A stretch of 64,000 nt of DNA from a bacterium (GTDB lineage Bacteria; Auribacterota; JABMQX01). Position numbers and translations under genes: made by a program. Under the pieces are notes generated by a model that searched no databases, was not told the origin of the DNA, and worked only from the letters and a program-made list of their open reading frames with translations. Below, piece by piece: positions 10,125-19,681 of this stretch; position 1 is the first letter of the stretch; each line of letters begins with the position of its first letter. Location of the stretch: NCBI GenBank assembly GCA_030691545.1, contig JAUYEE010000330.1, positions 459 to 64,458 on the forward strand, given 5' to 3'.

Positions 10125-10964
10125 ATGGAACCGCAAAACGAGGAAATAGAGAGAGTCTGCTTCAACTGCAACTGGTTCTTCCCGGACACCGTGAAAGAAG
10201 CCACCGAATTCGGCGTCTGCTTGAACGACAAAGAATTTGAGCCGTTCATTGATGAACTGCTGGAGAACTCCAACTACGCTTGCTGCAAGGAGCTGGTATC
10301 GCGGAAAAAATTCCATGGCATGCGTGAAGCATGCGATGAATTCTCCGAAGTAGAGACAGGAGAGGTTACCGAGCTTCCAGACGACAAGGAGTTTGAGCGG
10401 GCAGTTAAGTCAGCGGCCAAAAAGGGTCAGCTTGACCTAGAAACCCTCCAGCAATTGATCCTCGAGGAGCAACTTCGGAAGATAGACTGGGCGCAGGTTC
10501 CAATTGACGAGCAGCGAGAGAAGTTGAAGAGTCCACAAAGGGAAGACCAGAGCGCGGCGATAAAGAGTCTTGGCTTTTTGATCTGCCAAAGGAACAAGGC
10601 GGCTTTTGAGGAGCTGTTCCGCTTTGCTCGCGAGTTGCCCCCTTTGACGAGCATCGAGGACGTGCATTTCCGAATAGACATTCTTATGCAGCTTAAGAAT
10701 TGGAGGCCCGTTTCGGTGCTCGCCCCTTTTCTGATTGACGAGCTGAACAACACCCCGTCGAGCAATACCACCAGGCAATGGATTTCGGAGGTTTTGAAAG
10801 TGCTTTCGCGCTGTCCGGCGGGAAAGGTCCGAAAGCCGCTCACGAAGATGCTAAAAGAAAAGCGATTTTCCTATAAGTTCAAGCGCAAGATTAAAGAGTT
10901 GTTATGGGAGTTGAGTGGCCGTCCACGGGAGTTCTGGTCAGATGACGATTTGGAGGAGTTTTGA
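10125..10964 (+). CDS. Hypothetical protein (N-terminal CxxC, helical repeats)
   Basis: Long ORF with coding-like composition. No family recognised. Confidence 0.35.
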   Translation: MEPQNEEIERVCFNCNWFFPDTVKEATEFGVCLNDKEFEPFIDELLENSNYACCKELVSRKKFHGMREACDEFSEVETGEVTELPDDKEFERAVKSAAKKGQLDLETLQQLILEEQLRKIDWAQVPIDEQREKLKSPQREDQSAAIKSLGFLICQRNKAAFEELFRFARELPPLTSIEDVHFRIDILMQLKNWRPVSVLAPFLIDELNNTPSSNTTRQWISEVLKVLSRCPAGKVRKPLTKMLKEKRFSYKFKRKIKELLWELSGRPREFWSDDDLEEF

Positions 10965-11069
10965 GCGGTCTGAGCGGGGAGAGAGCGCCACTCTGCGACA
11001 TGCACCCCGCTACGGCCCCGTTGCAGGGGCGCTCAGGTTGCGATTGAGGTTCACGGTTTCTGCCGCAGG

Positions 11070-11306
11070 ATGGTAGGCTTTGACATGGGTAAGTTTCTTG
11101 TGGTTATGGAGAAGGGCGAAAGGAGCTACGGGGCTTACTCCCCCGACCTGCTGGGTTGTGTCGCGGTGGGAGCTACGAAGGAGGAGGCCGAAGAGAAGAT
11201 GTACGAAGCCATCACCTTCCATCTGGAAGGGCTTCGTGAGGAAGGCTTGCCTATCCCGGAAGGCGAAAGCGTGGGCGAGTATATTGTAGTTCCAGAGACC
11301 GTGTAG
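11070..11306 (+). CDS. HicB-like (UPF0150) antitoxin-domain protein, no adjacent HicA
   Basis: FLVVMEKGERSYGAYSPDLLGCVAVGATKEEAEEKMYEAITFHLE matches the HicB N-terminal fold motif. Confidence 0.5.
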   Translation: MVGFDMGKFLVVMEKGERSYGAYSPDLLGCVAVGATKEEAEEKMYEAITFHLEGLREEGLPIPEGESVGEYIVVPETV

Positions 11307-11516
11307 TTGGCGGTCTATTCTGGCGTGGGTGATAGTGCGAGTGCTTTGATCAAACTGAAAGTCCCCAGGCTGCACAAGGGGATGATTCTAAAGCTCGATC
11401 TCGGGACGCAGTCGAAATGTATTCTGGCCGCGCTAGGCGGGGAAGTAGCGGTGCCCTGTAACCTGCAAACCGCTATAGCAGGGCTGAATTCCCGATTGAG
11501 GTTCTTAGCTACGGCC

Positions 11517-11660
11517 GGGGAACCAGGAGGGAAAGCGTTGAGTTCCGGGTCTCATGCAATGGAGTGTTGTGAACCCGGTCAGGACCGGAAGGTAGCAGCC
11601 GTAAGCAATTCCTCCATGTGCCGTGAGGCAACCTGGAAGGAGCAGACTCTCCTGGGAAAC
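11517..11660 (+). ncRNA. ffs: Signal recognition particle RNA (4.5S/ffs), domain IV core; 5' extent uncertain
   Basis: CCCGGUCAGGACCGGAAGGUAGCAGCC matches the universal SRP RNA helix-8 motif (GGUCAGGUCCGGAAGGAAGCAGCC). A closing helix pairs CCAGGAGGG with CUCUCCUGG. Position immediately upstream of dnaX-ybaB-recR is the classical ffs location. Confidence 0.7.
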
Positions 11661-11926
11661 CGTCCGTAAGCGGAGCCGATTGAGGGTGCGCGGCCAATCC
11701 TATAATTGGGCGAATTAGGCGGTCGATGTGACAGTAGATATGGGCGCGGCTGTATTAGCGTTGCTTGCCCTAATGGGCGCCGTTTGTGTCGCCGGCATCT
11801 TGCCCCCCTTCTGAGGGCGAGACGCCCTCAGGACAGCCGCCGAGACGGCGGCGTTACACCGGGAGTTCTGCCTCGCAAATACAGCTACACCAGCAGATAT
11901 GAAGAAGTGTTCGGTTCGATGAGGAG

Positions 11927-12220
11927 ATGGAGAAAATGACCGTGGCAGAGAGGATCCTTCAGCAGGTCACCAGGTTGCCGGAGCCTTTGCAGGCTGAAGT
12001 GCTCGACTTCGTGGAATATCTTCAGTCGAAAGTGGGGCCGGTCAGGGCGTCCGGCGAGGAGGAAGCCTGGCAGGCTATGTCTCTTTCTCAGGCGACGCGG
12101 GGAATGGAGTCGGAGCCGTCCCCTTACTCCGCGGAGGATCTCAAGGGACACGTCGAGCGTGCGGCCCCGATTTTTTCAAGACAGACCTCAGGGAACGCGG
12201 ACAGCGCGGAGAGAGAATAG
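11927..12220 (+). CDS. Small DUF2281-like (addiction-module-antitoxin-like) protein, no toxin partner
   Basis: MTVAERILQQVTRLPEPLQAEVLDFVEYLQSK resembles the CHP02574/DUF2281 family. Its stop is 4 nt before dnaX. Confidence 0.35.
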   Translation: MEKMTVAERILQQVTRLPEPLQAEVLDFVEYLQSKVGPVRASGEEEAWQAMSLSQATRGMESEPSPYSAEDLKGHVERAAPIFSRQTSGNADSAERE

Positions 12221-12223
12221 AGA

Positions 12224-13876
12224 GTGGCGAAGGGAGAGAGTACATATCAGGTTTTAGCACGGAAGTGGAGGCCGCAGACCTTTGAGGAGGTCGTCGGGCA
12301 GGAGGGGACTGTCCAGGCGCTGAAGAACGCCATCAAGATGGGGCGGATCGCTCACGCGTACCTTTTCTCCGGTCCGCGGGGAATCGGCAAGACGACTATC
12401 GCCAGGCTCTTGTCAAAGGCGCTGAACTGCGAGAAGGGGCCGACACCGGATTTCTGCGGGAAATGCGCGCCGTGCCGGGAGATAACGTCGGGAATCAGCG
12501 TGGACGTCCTGGAGATTGACGGGGCCTCGAACCGGGGGATTGACGACGTGAAGGAGCTGCGCGAGCACGTGCGGTATATGCCCAGCGGAAGCCGTTTCAA
12601 GATATACATCATTGACGAAGTGCACATGCTCACGCGAGAGGCGTTCAACGCGCTCCTGAAAACGCTTGAAGAACCCCCCGCTCACGTGAAGTTCATTTTC
12701 GCGACGACGGAACCGCACAAGATGCCTGCGACGATTCTCTCACGATGCCAGCGGTTTGAGCTGCGGCGGCTCTCGGTTGAAAGAATAGTCGCGCGGTTAA
12801 AAAAAATCGCCGAATCGGAGGGGATCGAGATAGAAGACGAGGCATTGCTGGCGATCGCTCGTCGAGCCGAAGGGGCCATGCGGGACGCGGAATCCATCCT
12901 CGACCAGGTGATTTCCTACTGCGGGAAGAAGATTCAGGCTGATAGCGTAACTTCGCTCCTCGGGCTTGTCGGGACGGACACGTTCTACGAGATTGACCGG
13001 GCGATCCTTGAGGGGAACATGGAGGCAGTCTTGCGGGTCGCCGCGGGCATTTTCCGCGAAGGAAAGCACGTTCAGCATTTTGTTGACGAACTGATCGAGC
13101 ATTACCGTCAGATGCTCATCGCGAAAGCGACGGCGGAACCGGGTAAAATCCTCGAGGTCTCGGCGGATGAACTGAAGCGCCTTTCCGAGACGGCGGAAAA
13201 CTTCTCGGAAGAGCAGTTACTCCATGCGATAGACCTTCTCGCGGAGGCCCAAATGAAACTGACGTGGCCCGGCTCGCAGCAGATTGTGCTGGAGGTCGCC
13301 CTCGTGCAGCTTCTCCGTTCGCGGGACCGGATTTCGATTGACGATTTAATCAAGAAGCTGGATGAAGTCCAGCCGAAGGGCGGCGGAGGAGGCCTGTCGC
13401 CGGAGGATGTCGGCGTGAACATCGGTGGGCAAGCTTCGGCGCAGCCGGACCTTTTCTCATCGGCGAGCGGGAGCGCGATGGTCAAGGAGTCGCCGCTCAC
13501 TACGCTTTCCGCGGATGAAGCGAAGGACTTCGGCAAGGTCTGGGATAAAGTAATGGGGGTGCTTGGTCGAACGCGTCCGAGCCTGAAAGGCAACCTAACT
13601 TTCGGTCGGGTGATGAACTTTGAAAACGGAGTATTGACGCTTGGCTTTGACCGAGGGCACACGTTCCACAGGACTCGAGTTGCTGACAAGGAAAACCGGA
13701 AAATGCTCGAGGGCCTGGTGAGCGAGACGCTCGGAAGCCAGGTCCGCCTGGAGGTCGAGGAGACAACGCAGCCGCTTCCTGCCAGCGCGGCGACTGAGGA
13801 AAATGTGGAAGAGATTCCCGTCGTGAAGAACGCTCTGGAGATTTTCGGCGGGAAAGTGGTTAAACGAGGGAGATGA
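12224..13876 (+). CDS. dnaX: DNA polymerase III subunits gamma/tau
   Basis: KWRPQTFEEVVGQE, Walker A GPRGIGKTT, zinc module CGKCAPC, DEVHML. GTG start. Confidence 0.95.
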   Translation: MAKGESTYQVLARKWRPQTFEEVVGQEGTVQALKNAIKMGRIAHAYLFSGPRGIGKTTIARLLSKALNCEKGPTPDFCGKCAPCREITSGISVDVLEIDGASNRGIDDVKELREHVRYMPSGSRFKIYIIDEVHMLTREAFNALLKTLEEPPAHVKFIFATTEPHKMPATILSRCQRFELRRLSVERIVARLKKIAESEGIEIEDEALLAIARRAEGAMRDAESILDQVISYCGKKIQADSVTSLLGLVGTDTFYEIDRAILEGNMEAVLRVAAGIFREGKHVQHFVDELIEHYRQMLIAKATAEPGKILEVSADELKRLSETAENFSEEQLLHAIDLLAEAQMKLTWPGSQQIVLEVALVQLLRSRDRISIDDLIKKLDEVQPKGGGGGLSPEDVGVNIGGQASAQPDLFSSASGSAMVKESPLTTLSADEAKDFGKVWDKVMGVLGRTRPSLKGNLTFGRVMNFENGVLTLGFDRGHTFHRTRVADKENRKMLEGLVSETLGSQVRLEVEETTQPLPASAATEENVEEIPVVKNALEIFGGKVVKRGR

Positions 13877-13880
13877 AGCA

Positions 13881-14207
13881 ATGGGCACCGGATTCGGAAA
13901 GTTCATCAAGCAGACGAAGATGATGAAGGAGAGCCTCGAGAAGATGCAGCAGGAGATGGAGACCCGCGAGGTCGAGGCGTCCGCGGGCGGCGGGGCCGTG
14001 AAGGCGACTGCCCGCGGTGATGGCAGGCTCGTCTCGGTCAAGATAGACCCCGAGGTGGTTAAGTCGGGAGACGTGGAGATGCTCGAGGACCTGATTCTGA
14101 CCGCGGCGAACCAGGCTTTGGAGAAGGCGACAAAGCTCGACACGTCGGAATTGGACAAAATCAGCGGCGACCTCGGGATTCTGGGAAAGCTCGGCCTGGG
14201 AGGGTGA
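13881..14207 (+). CDS. ybaB: Nucleoid-associated protein YbaB/EbfC
   Basis: Small helical protein (MMKESLEKMQQEMETREVEASAGGGAVKAT...) in the conserved dnaX-ybaB-recR position. Confidence 0.85.
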   Translation: MGTGFGKFIKQTKMMKESLEKMQQEMETREVEASAGGGAVKATARGDGRLVSVKIDPEVVKSGDVEMLEDLILTAANQALEKATKLDTSELDKISGDLGILGKLGLGG

Positions 14208-14363
14208 AAAGGAATATTCTTGACAGGATGAACAGGATAGACAGGATTTTTAGGCATCGCCCAGCCGTTTCTGTGGCGATTGTACTGTGATCCTGTCTAA
14301 GAATATGTTCTGGATTTCGAGACCTCCTGTGTTCGGCGTGCTGACGAGAATAGGCTGTGAAAC

Positions 14364-14972
14364 ATGGAGTTTCCAAGAAGTTTGCAGGCGCTGATCGCGG
14401 AATTTAAGAGGCTGCCGGGCGTCGGCGAGAAGAGCGCGCGGCGGTATGCCTTTCACGTTCTCGAGAGCGGCGGGAAGAGCATGGGTGAGGCGATTGAGGC
14501 GGTCGGGACGAAGCTCCGGCGATGCGATACGTGCAGTGGGCTTTCCGAAGGCCCGTTGTGCAACATTTGTTCGGATGAGAGGCGGGATCACACCTCCATC
14601 TGCGTCGTCGAGAATTTCAAGGACGTGTATCGCATCGAGGAGACAAAGCAATTCAACGGGGTCTATCATGTCCTTGGCGGATTGGTTTCACCGATAGAGG
14701 GGATCGGACCCGAAGCCCTGCGGATTGGAGAATTGGTCGAGCGAGTGAAAGCCGGCGGAATCAACGAGGTCGTTCTGGCGACGGGCTCGTCCGTCGAGGG
14801 AGACGCGACCTGTCTGTACATCGCGAAGCTCCTGAAACCGTTCGGAGTGAAGCTTACGCGGTTGGCGGCGGGTCTCCCCGTCGGCGGCGAGATAGAGTCC
14901 GCCGACCCGAATACGCTGAGCCGCGCTGTGGCCGGAAGGACGGCGTTCAGCACGCCTGATGGCGAGCCATAG
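14364..14972 (+). CDS. recR: Recombination protein RecR
   Basis: HhH (LPGVGEKSARR), C4 zinc finger (CDTCSG...CNIC) and Toprim (ICVVE...) elements. Confidence 0.95.
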   Translation: MEFPRSLQALIAEFKRLPGVGEKSARRYAFHVLESGGKSMGEAIEAVGTKLRRCDTCSGLSEGPLCNICSDERRDHTSICVVENFKDVYRIEETKQFNGVYHVLGGLVSPIEGIGPEALRIGELVERVKAGGINEVVLATGSSVEGDATCLYIAKLLKPFGVKLTRLAAGLPVGGEIESADPNTLSRAVAGRTAFSTPDGEP

Positions 14973-15013
14973 GCGGAAAGAGCAGAGCGTCAGAACAGAA
15001 GGAAAAAGAAAAG

Positions 15014-15691
15014 ATGAACAGGATACTGAGAGAGGAAATAATGAGGCATTTCGGTCTGTTTATTGGGCTTTGGGCGACTTTCGTGATTGGAGTCGCGTTT
15101 TGTGACGAGAAGCTCGGCGATTTCAAGGAAAAGGCGCTGGATGTGATGGAGAAGACGCGGCCGGCGATCGAGTCGGCGGCGTTCAAGGATTTGCGCGAGA
15201 TGTTCAAGGAGAAAGGGGTTGTCCTGCGATTCCTGACCGACGGCGCCTATACGGCGAAGTACGTGAACGCGAAGGATAAGAAGGAGTATTTCCTTACGGC
15301 GGTTCCCATGGTATCGAATTTCCCGGAGGCGGCGCCGCCGCTGCCCGCGCTCATCTTCTCGAACGGCGAGGAGTTCCGTTCGGGCTGGCTTCAAGGGGGG
15401 AAGAATCAGAGGGGGGATCTCGTCTGCGTCTTGCAGGGGACGGATGGAAAACTCATCGCGTACGCGAAGACAATTGAGATGCTGAAGGAGCCGCCGCTGC
15501 CGGTTCCGGGGGGAGAGGCGGCCATCGCCATCAGCCAGAATCCGGAAAAGGACGATGTGATTCTCATCCTCTGCCGCAGCCCGTACGCGGCAAAGAAGGA
15601 GGACGAGAAAGAATACCTGGCGGTGATTTTCTATTCCGGCGACCTCACGTGGGAGAAGTTCTCGGAGCCGCAGCAGGGGGACGAGAAGTAG
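15014..15691 (+). CDS. Hypothetical membrane-anchored/secreted protein
   Basis: N-terminal hydrophobic segment. No family recognised. Confidence 0.35.
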   Translation: MNRILREEIMRHFGLFIGLWATFVIGVAFCDEKLGDFKEKALDVMEKTRPAIESAAFKDLREMFKEKGVVLRFLTDGAYTAKYVNAKDKKEYFLTAVPMVSNFPEAAPPLPALIFSNGEEFRSGWLQGGKNQRGDLVCVLQGTDGKLIAYAKTIEMLKEPPLPVPGGEAAIAISQNPEKDDVILILCRSPYAAKKEDEKEYLAVIFYSGDLTWEKFSEPQQGDEK

Positions 15692-16284
15692 GCGGGGTCA
15701 AGGCGGCCAGATTGGGGGATCGCGTCTTGTGGGGCCCTATTTCGGCCCGCGGGGGCTTTGCTCCTTGTCAGAAAGCACAAACATCTTGGGCCTGGCCAAG
15801 TTGCTCTTGTCTTGCCCCAACGGTGTCAGCTTCTGGAGCCGTCTCCGGCAACAACATTGAGACGGCGCCGCAGGTCTGGCATTCTCCTTCCCCAATGGCA
15901 TCCTGTCCCGACTGAACCTCTTCCGTCGAAGCGCGTTGTCTGGTATAATTTCTGATGTGGCGAACGGATTGGTTGCGATGGCGTTACAGGCGTGTCTTCC
16001 GGAGGTTCCGCTCAAGAAAGGTGGAACAATCGCGCCCACCCAGCGGTCATTACTGAGGAGGATCCTCGCAATCGTTAGAAGCCTCGGCGCCCCTGGCCGA
16101 GGGGGCCTGCAGGTCTCCCTGCGCACGAGCATAATCGGATGACCCGGGCGCAATTCCGCTTGGGCTGACGGGCAGGCTTAGCGTCTTAGCGAGGAAGGAG
16201 AGAGAGGAATCCTCACGCTAAGACGCTAAGACGCAAAGAAAGGCGCTCTGAACCTGGCGAGCGGCGCCGGATAGAAATGAGCTT

Positions 16285-17181
16285 ATGGGCGAAGAAAAGG
16301 ATAAGAAAAGTTTCTTAGACCCGCAGATTCTGATGACGCTGTCCGGGATGGAGCTGAAGGCCCGGATGGTGGTCGAGGGGGTGGTGTCGGGTCTGCACAA
16401 AAGCCCCTACCAGGGATTCAGCGTGGAGTTTGCGGAGCACCGCGAGTACACCCAGGGCGACGAAATTAAGCACATTGACTGGCAGGTGTACGCGAAGTCG
16501 GATAGGCTCTACGTGAAGCGGTATGAGGAAGAGACGAACCTGCGGTGTTACATCTTGTTGGATTCGAGCGGGTCTATGGGGTATCGCTCGGACGGGATGT
16601 CGAAGTTGGAATACGGGGCGCACTTAGCGGCCGCGCTGACGTACTTGATGCTGAGGCAGCAGGATTCGGTCGGATTGGTGACGTTCGATGAGGCGATTCG
16701 GCGGTACATTCCCCCGAGGAACAGCCCCCGGCACCTCAAGATTATCGTCGAGGAACTCGAGGGGCTGAAGCCGGGGAACAAGACGATGGTCTCCAACATC
16801 TTCCACGACCTCGCAGAGCGAGTGCATCGGCGGGGGCTGGTCATCGTGATTTCGGACTTGTTTGATGATCCGGATGAGATTCTGGTGAGTCTCCAGCACT
16901 TCCGTCACAAGAAGCACGAAGTGATTGTGTTTCATCTGCTGGACCCGTCCGAACTGCTGTTTCCTTTCGAGCGGATGACGCTCTTTCGGGGGCTGGAGGA
17001 CGGACGGCGGGTTCTGACCGAGCCGGCGACTCTGCGGAAAAGGTACTTACAGCAGTTATATGCGTTCGTTGACAAGCTGAAGAAAGGATGCCGGGATAAC
17101 CGGATAGACTATTTTCAGATAAGCACGGATGAGAATTTCGGGCGCGCGCTGACGCGGTATCTCGGCACGAGGCGAAAGTGA
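16285..17181 (+). CDS. DUF58 domain protein (MoxR-associated vWA-like)
   Basis: GFSVEFAEHREYTQGDEIKHIDWQVYAKSDRLYVKRYEEET...ILLDSSGSMGY is the DUF58 signature. Confidence 0.8.
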   Translation: MGEEKDKKSFLDPQILMTLSGMELKARMVVEGVVSGLHKSPYQGFSVEFAEHREYTQGDEIKHIDWQVYAKSDRLYVKRYEEETNLRCYILLDSSGSMGYRSDGMSKLEYGAHLAAALTYLMLRQQDSVGLVTFDEAIRRYIPPRNSPRHLKIIVEELEGLKPGNKTMVSNIFHDLAERVHRRGLVIVISDLFDDPDEILVSLQHFRHKKHEVIVFHLLDPSELLFPFERMTLFRGLEDGRRVLTEPATLRKRYLQQLYAFVDKLKKGCRDNRIDYFQISTDENFGRALTRYLGTRRK

Positions 17182-17365
17182 TTCGGTTTTGGGGTGTGGG
17201 GGTTGGGGGTTCGGGATTCGGGTGTTGGGCGGTACAGTCCCGTTGAGGTAACGCCGCCGTCTCGGCGGCACTCTCGAGGGCGTCTCGCCCTCGGAATCGG
17301 GGGCAAGATGCCCCCGAGACAGCCGGCAAGATGCCGGCGGTACAGCAGGAGATGGTAAAACCGCG

Positions 17366-19681
17366 ATGTTTGGTTTGAGCTTTTTCAATCCCGCCCTCTT
17401 ATGGGGGCTTGGAGCCGCCGCAATTCCAATCCTGATTCACCTGTATAACCGCCGGCGCTTCCGGACGGTGGCGTGGGCGGCGATGGAGTTCCTTGTCTCG
17501 TCGAGCAAGCTGACCGCAAGACGGCTGAAGCTCCTCCAACTGCTGCTTCTCCTGACGAGGATGGGAATTGTCTCGCTCCTCGTGGTGGGGGTGGCGAGGC
17601 CGTTCCTGACGGGCGGATTCCTCGGTGGGCCCCTCGGGAAATCAAAAACCTCGGCGGTCATCATTCTCGACAACTCTTATAGTATGGGACTGAGGGAAGG
17701 GAACGAGACGGTGTTCGATGCGGCGAAAAAGGCGGCAGGGGAAGTGGTCTCGAGTTTTCGGCACGGCGATTCCCTGACGCTCATTTTGATGGGCGAGCGG
17801 CCGCGCGTGGTGACGGAAGGGAATCCATCCCCGGAACGGGTGAAAAAGCTGATTGAGACCTCCGAGCTATCGGACGAAAAAACCGATATTCTCGCCTCCC
17901 TCCGCAAGGGCCTGGAGGTTCTCGACGGCGAGAAGAACACACAGAAGGAGTTGTTCTTAGTCACGGACTGCCAGCAGAACGGCTGGTCCGTCGCGAACAT
18001 TGCGGGCTGGGACAGTGTTGACAAATTGATGCAGGATGCGGAGGTCAAACATAGAATCTACGTGCTGGACGTATCCGCCCGCCCCGGCGAAAACGCGATG
18101 CTCAGTTCCGTGAGGTTACCGGCGTATCCGTGCGGGGTCGGGAAGCGGTACATCGTCGAAGCGACCGCCGCGACGACCGCGGAAAAGCCAGCGGGGCGGC
18201 CGGTCTTTACGCTTTGTCTTGACAAGGAAGGGAACGAGGTGGCGAGAACCGAGGGGAGCGAGTTCAAGGACGGAACCTCGACGGGGCGTCTAATTTTCTC
18301 GGTGGGTTCGCCCGGGTTCCATTGGGGAAAGATTTCCATTCAACCCGACCGGCTGGAGGCGGACAACACACGTTATTTCGTCGTGAAGGCAAAGGACTCG
18401 GTGCCGGTTCTGTGTGTTGACGGGGTAGGCTCGCTGGACGAATTTGAAAGCGGAATCGCGTACATGGTGTATGCGCTGGCTCCGGAAAAAGGTCTGGAAG
18501 GAGTGGACGACATCGCGAACGTGCTGGAACCGAAAGTCGTTAACGTGGAGCAGCTCTGGGAGGAGGAGCTGGCTCGGTATGAGGTCATCGTGCTGTCGAG
18601 CGTAGGAGTCCTGTCCGTGAGGATGCACGACGCGCTGACAGATTTTGTGACACAGGGGGGAGCGCTGATGATTTTTCTGGGGGACAAAGTTGATCCGCTG
18701 GAATATTCGGAGCGATATGCCTCCTCAGCCCCGCCCAAGGCGGGGTTCTTGCCCTGTGCGTTGGGCTCCGCGAAAGGAACCGTTCCGGGAGCAGATGAGA
18801 AAGAAGCTGGCGGCGAAACCGTGCGCATCTCGGAGGTTGACTTTGGACATCCGGCGATGGCAGCGTTTCGGGACGGCGCGGGCGGCGACGTGACGACGGC
18901 TAAGTTCTACCGATACTTTCCCACGAGTCCAGACACGATGAACCCGGACATTCAGGTTCTGGCGAGGTTCAGCGATGGTTCGCCTTACATTGTTGAGAGA
19001 AAGCTCGGGCGAGGCAAAACGATTCTGTTCACGTCAAGTTGCGATGTGAAGTGGTCCAACATGTCGCTGAAGCCGGTCTTTCTGCCGCTGGTGCATCGGC
19101 TCGCGTACTACCTGGTGAGTGGGGCGGACGAACGATACAACCTGACGGTCGGGGAGAGAATGGCCGTGCCATTGGATGCGGAAGAAGCGTCGTCCCCGGC
19201 GGAGATTGTTACCCCTCCCGGAGGCGTTTTCAAAGTCATGGCCAGCATGCCACCGCTGGGGTCAGGGGTCAGGGATCAGGGATCAGGGGAAGAGGGTGGG
19301 CTGCAAGCGGAACCCTTCGTCTCGTTCGAGGAAACGAGTGTCTCCGGCATTTATACTTTGAACACCGCGGCCGTTCCTGGAGGCGGCGGAACAAGCGCGC
19401 CCGGACAGCCCGGCCTGGGTGAGCCTGCCCGATCAGGGAGAGTCCGCTATTTCGCCCTCAATGTGGATACCGCCGAGAGCGATGTTACCGCTCTGGCGCA
19501 GGACGGCATCCGGCGGCTCATCCGCTCGGGGGAGATGAAGTACGTGCAAACCGAAACCGGAACAATGGAGCGCATCGAGGAAATGCGCCACGGGAAGGAA
19601 ATCTGGAGATACTTCCTCGTGGGAGTCCTCTGTTTTCTGGTCGTAGAGTCGCTGTTGGCGCGGAAGATTGATAAAGGGTGA
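17366..19681 (+). CDS. BatA-like aerotolerance-regulator N-domain / vWA membrane protein
   Basis: N-terminus LLWGLGAAAIPILIHLYNRRR, vWA MIDAS (AVIILDNSYSMG), C-terminal TM. Confidence 0.7.
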   Translation: MFGLSFFNPALLWGLGAAAIPILIHLYNRRRFRTVAWAAMEFLVSSSKLTARRLKLLQLLLLLTRMGIVSLLVVGVARPFLTGGFLGGPLGKSKTSAVIILDNSYSMGLREGNETVFDAAKKAAGEVVSSFRHGDSLTLILMGERPRVVTEGNPSPERVKKLIETSELSDEKTDILASLRKGLEVLDGEKNTQKELFLVTDCQQNGWSVANIAGWDSVDKLMQDAEVKHRIYVLDVSARPGENAMLSSVRLPAYPCGVGKRYIVEATAATTAEKPAGRPVFTLCLDKEGNEVARTEGSEFKDGTSTGRLIFSVGSPGFHWGKISIQPDRLEADNTRYFVVKAKDSVPVLCVDGVGSLDEFESGIAYMVYALAPEKGLEGVDDIANVLEPKVVNVEQLWEEELARYEVIVLSSVGVLSVRMHDALTDFVTQGGALMIFLGDKVDPLEYSERYASSAPPKAGFLPCALGSAKGTVPGADEKEAGGETVRISEVDFGHPAMAAFRDGAGGDVTTAKFYRYFPTSPDTMNPDIQVLARFSDGSPYIVERKLGRGKTILFTSSCDVKWSNMSLKPVFLPLVHRLAYYLVSGADERYNLTVGERMAVPLDAEEASSPAEIVTPPGGVFKVMASMPPLGSGVRDQGSGEEGGLQAEPFVSFEETSVSGIYTLNTAAVPGGGGTSAPGQPGLGEPARSGRVRYFALNVDTAESDVTALAQDGIRRLIRSGEMKYVQTETGTMERIEEMRHGKEIWRYFLVGVLCFLVVESLLARKIDKG

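Noticed and set aside
10964-11070. Possible hicA upstream of the HicB-like gene
   Set aside because: Only about 100 nt of intergenic sequence with no ORF of HicA size. Downstream is ncRNA/repeat sequence.
11360-11375. GAAAGTCC motif resembling the RNase P RNA P4 core (also a weaker GCGAAAGTCCG at about 63070)
   Set aside because: The other universally conserved RNase P blocks (AGGGUGAAA..., ACAGAACCCGGCUUA) are not present nearby. It is judged a chance match.
11307-11400. tmRNA-like 5' sequence (GGCGGTCTATTCTGGCGTGGG resembles GGGGnUGAUUCUGGAUUCGAC)
   Set aside because: There is no tRNA-like 3' end (no GGTTCGAnTCC T-arm or CCA-proximal acceptor complement) and no tag reading frame ending in a resume/stop context.
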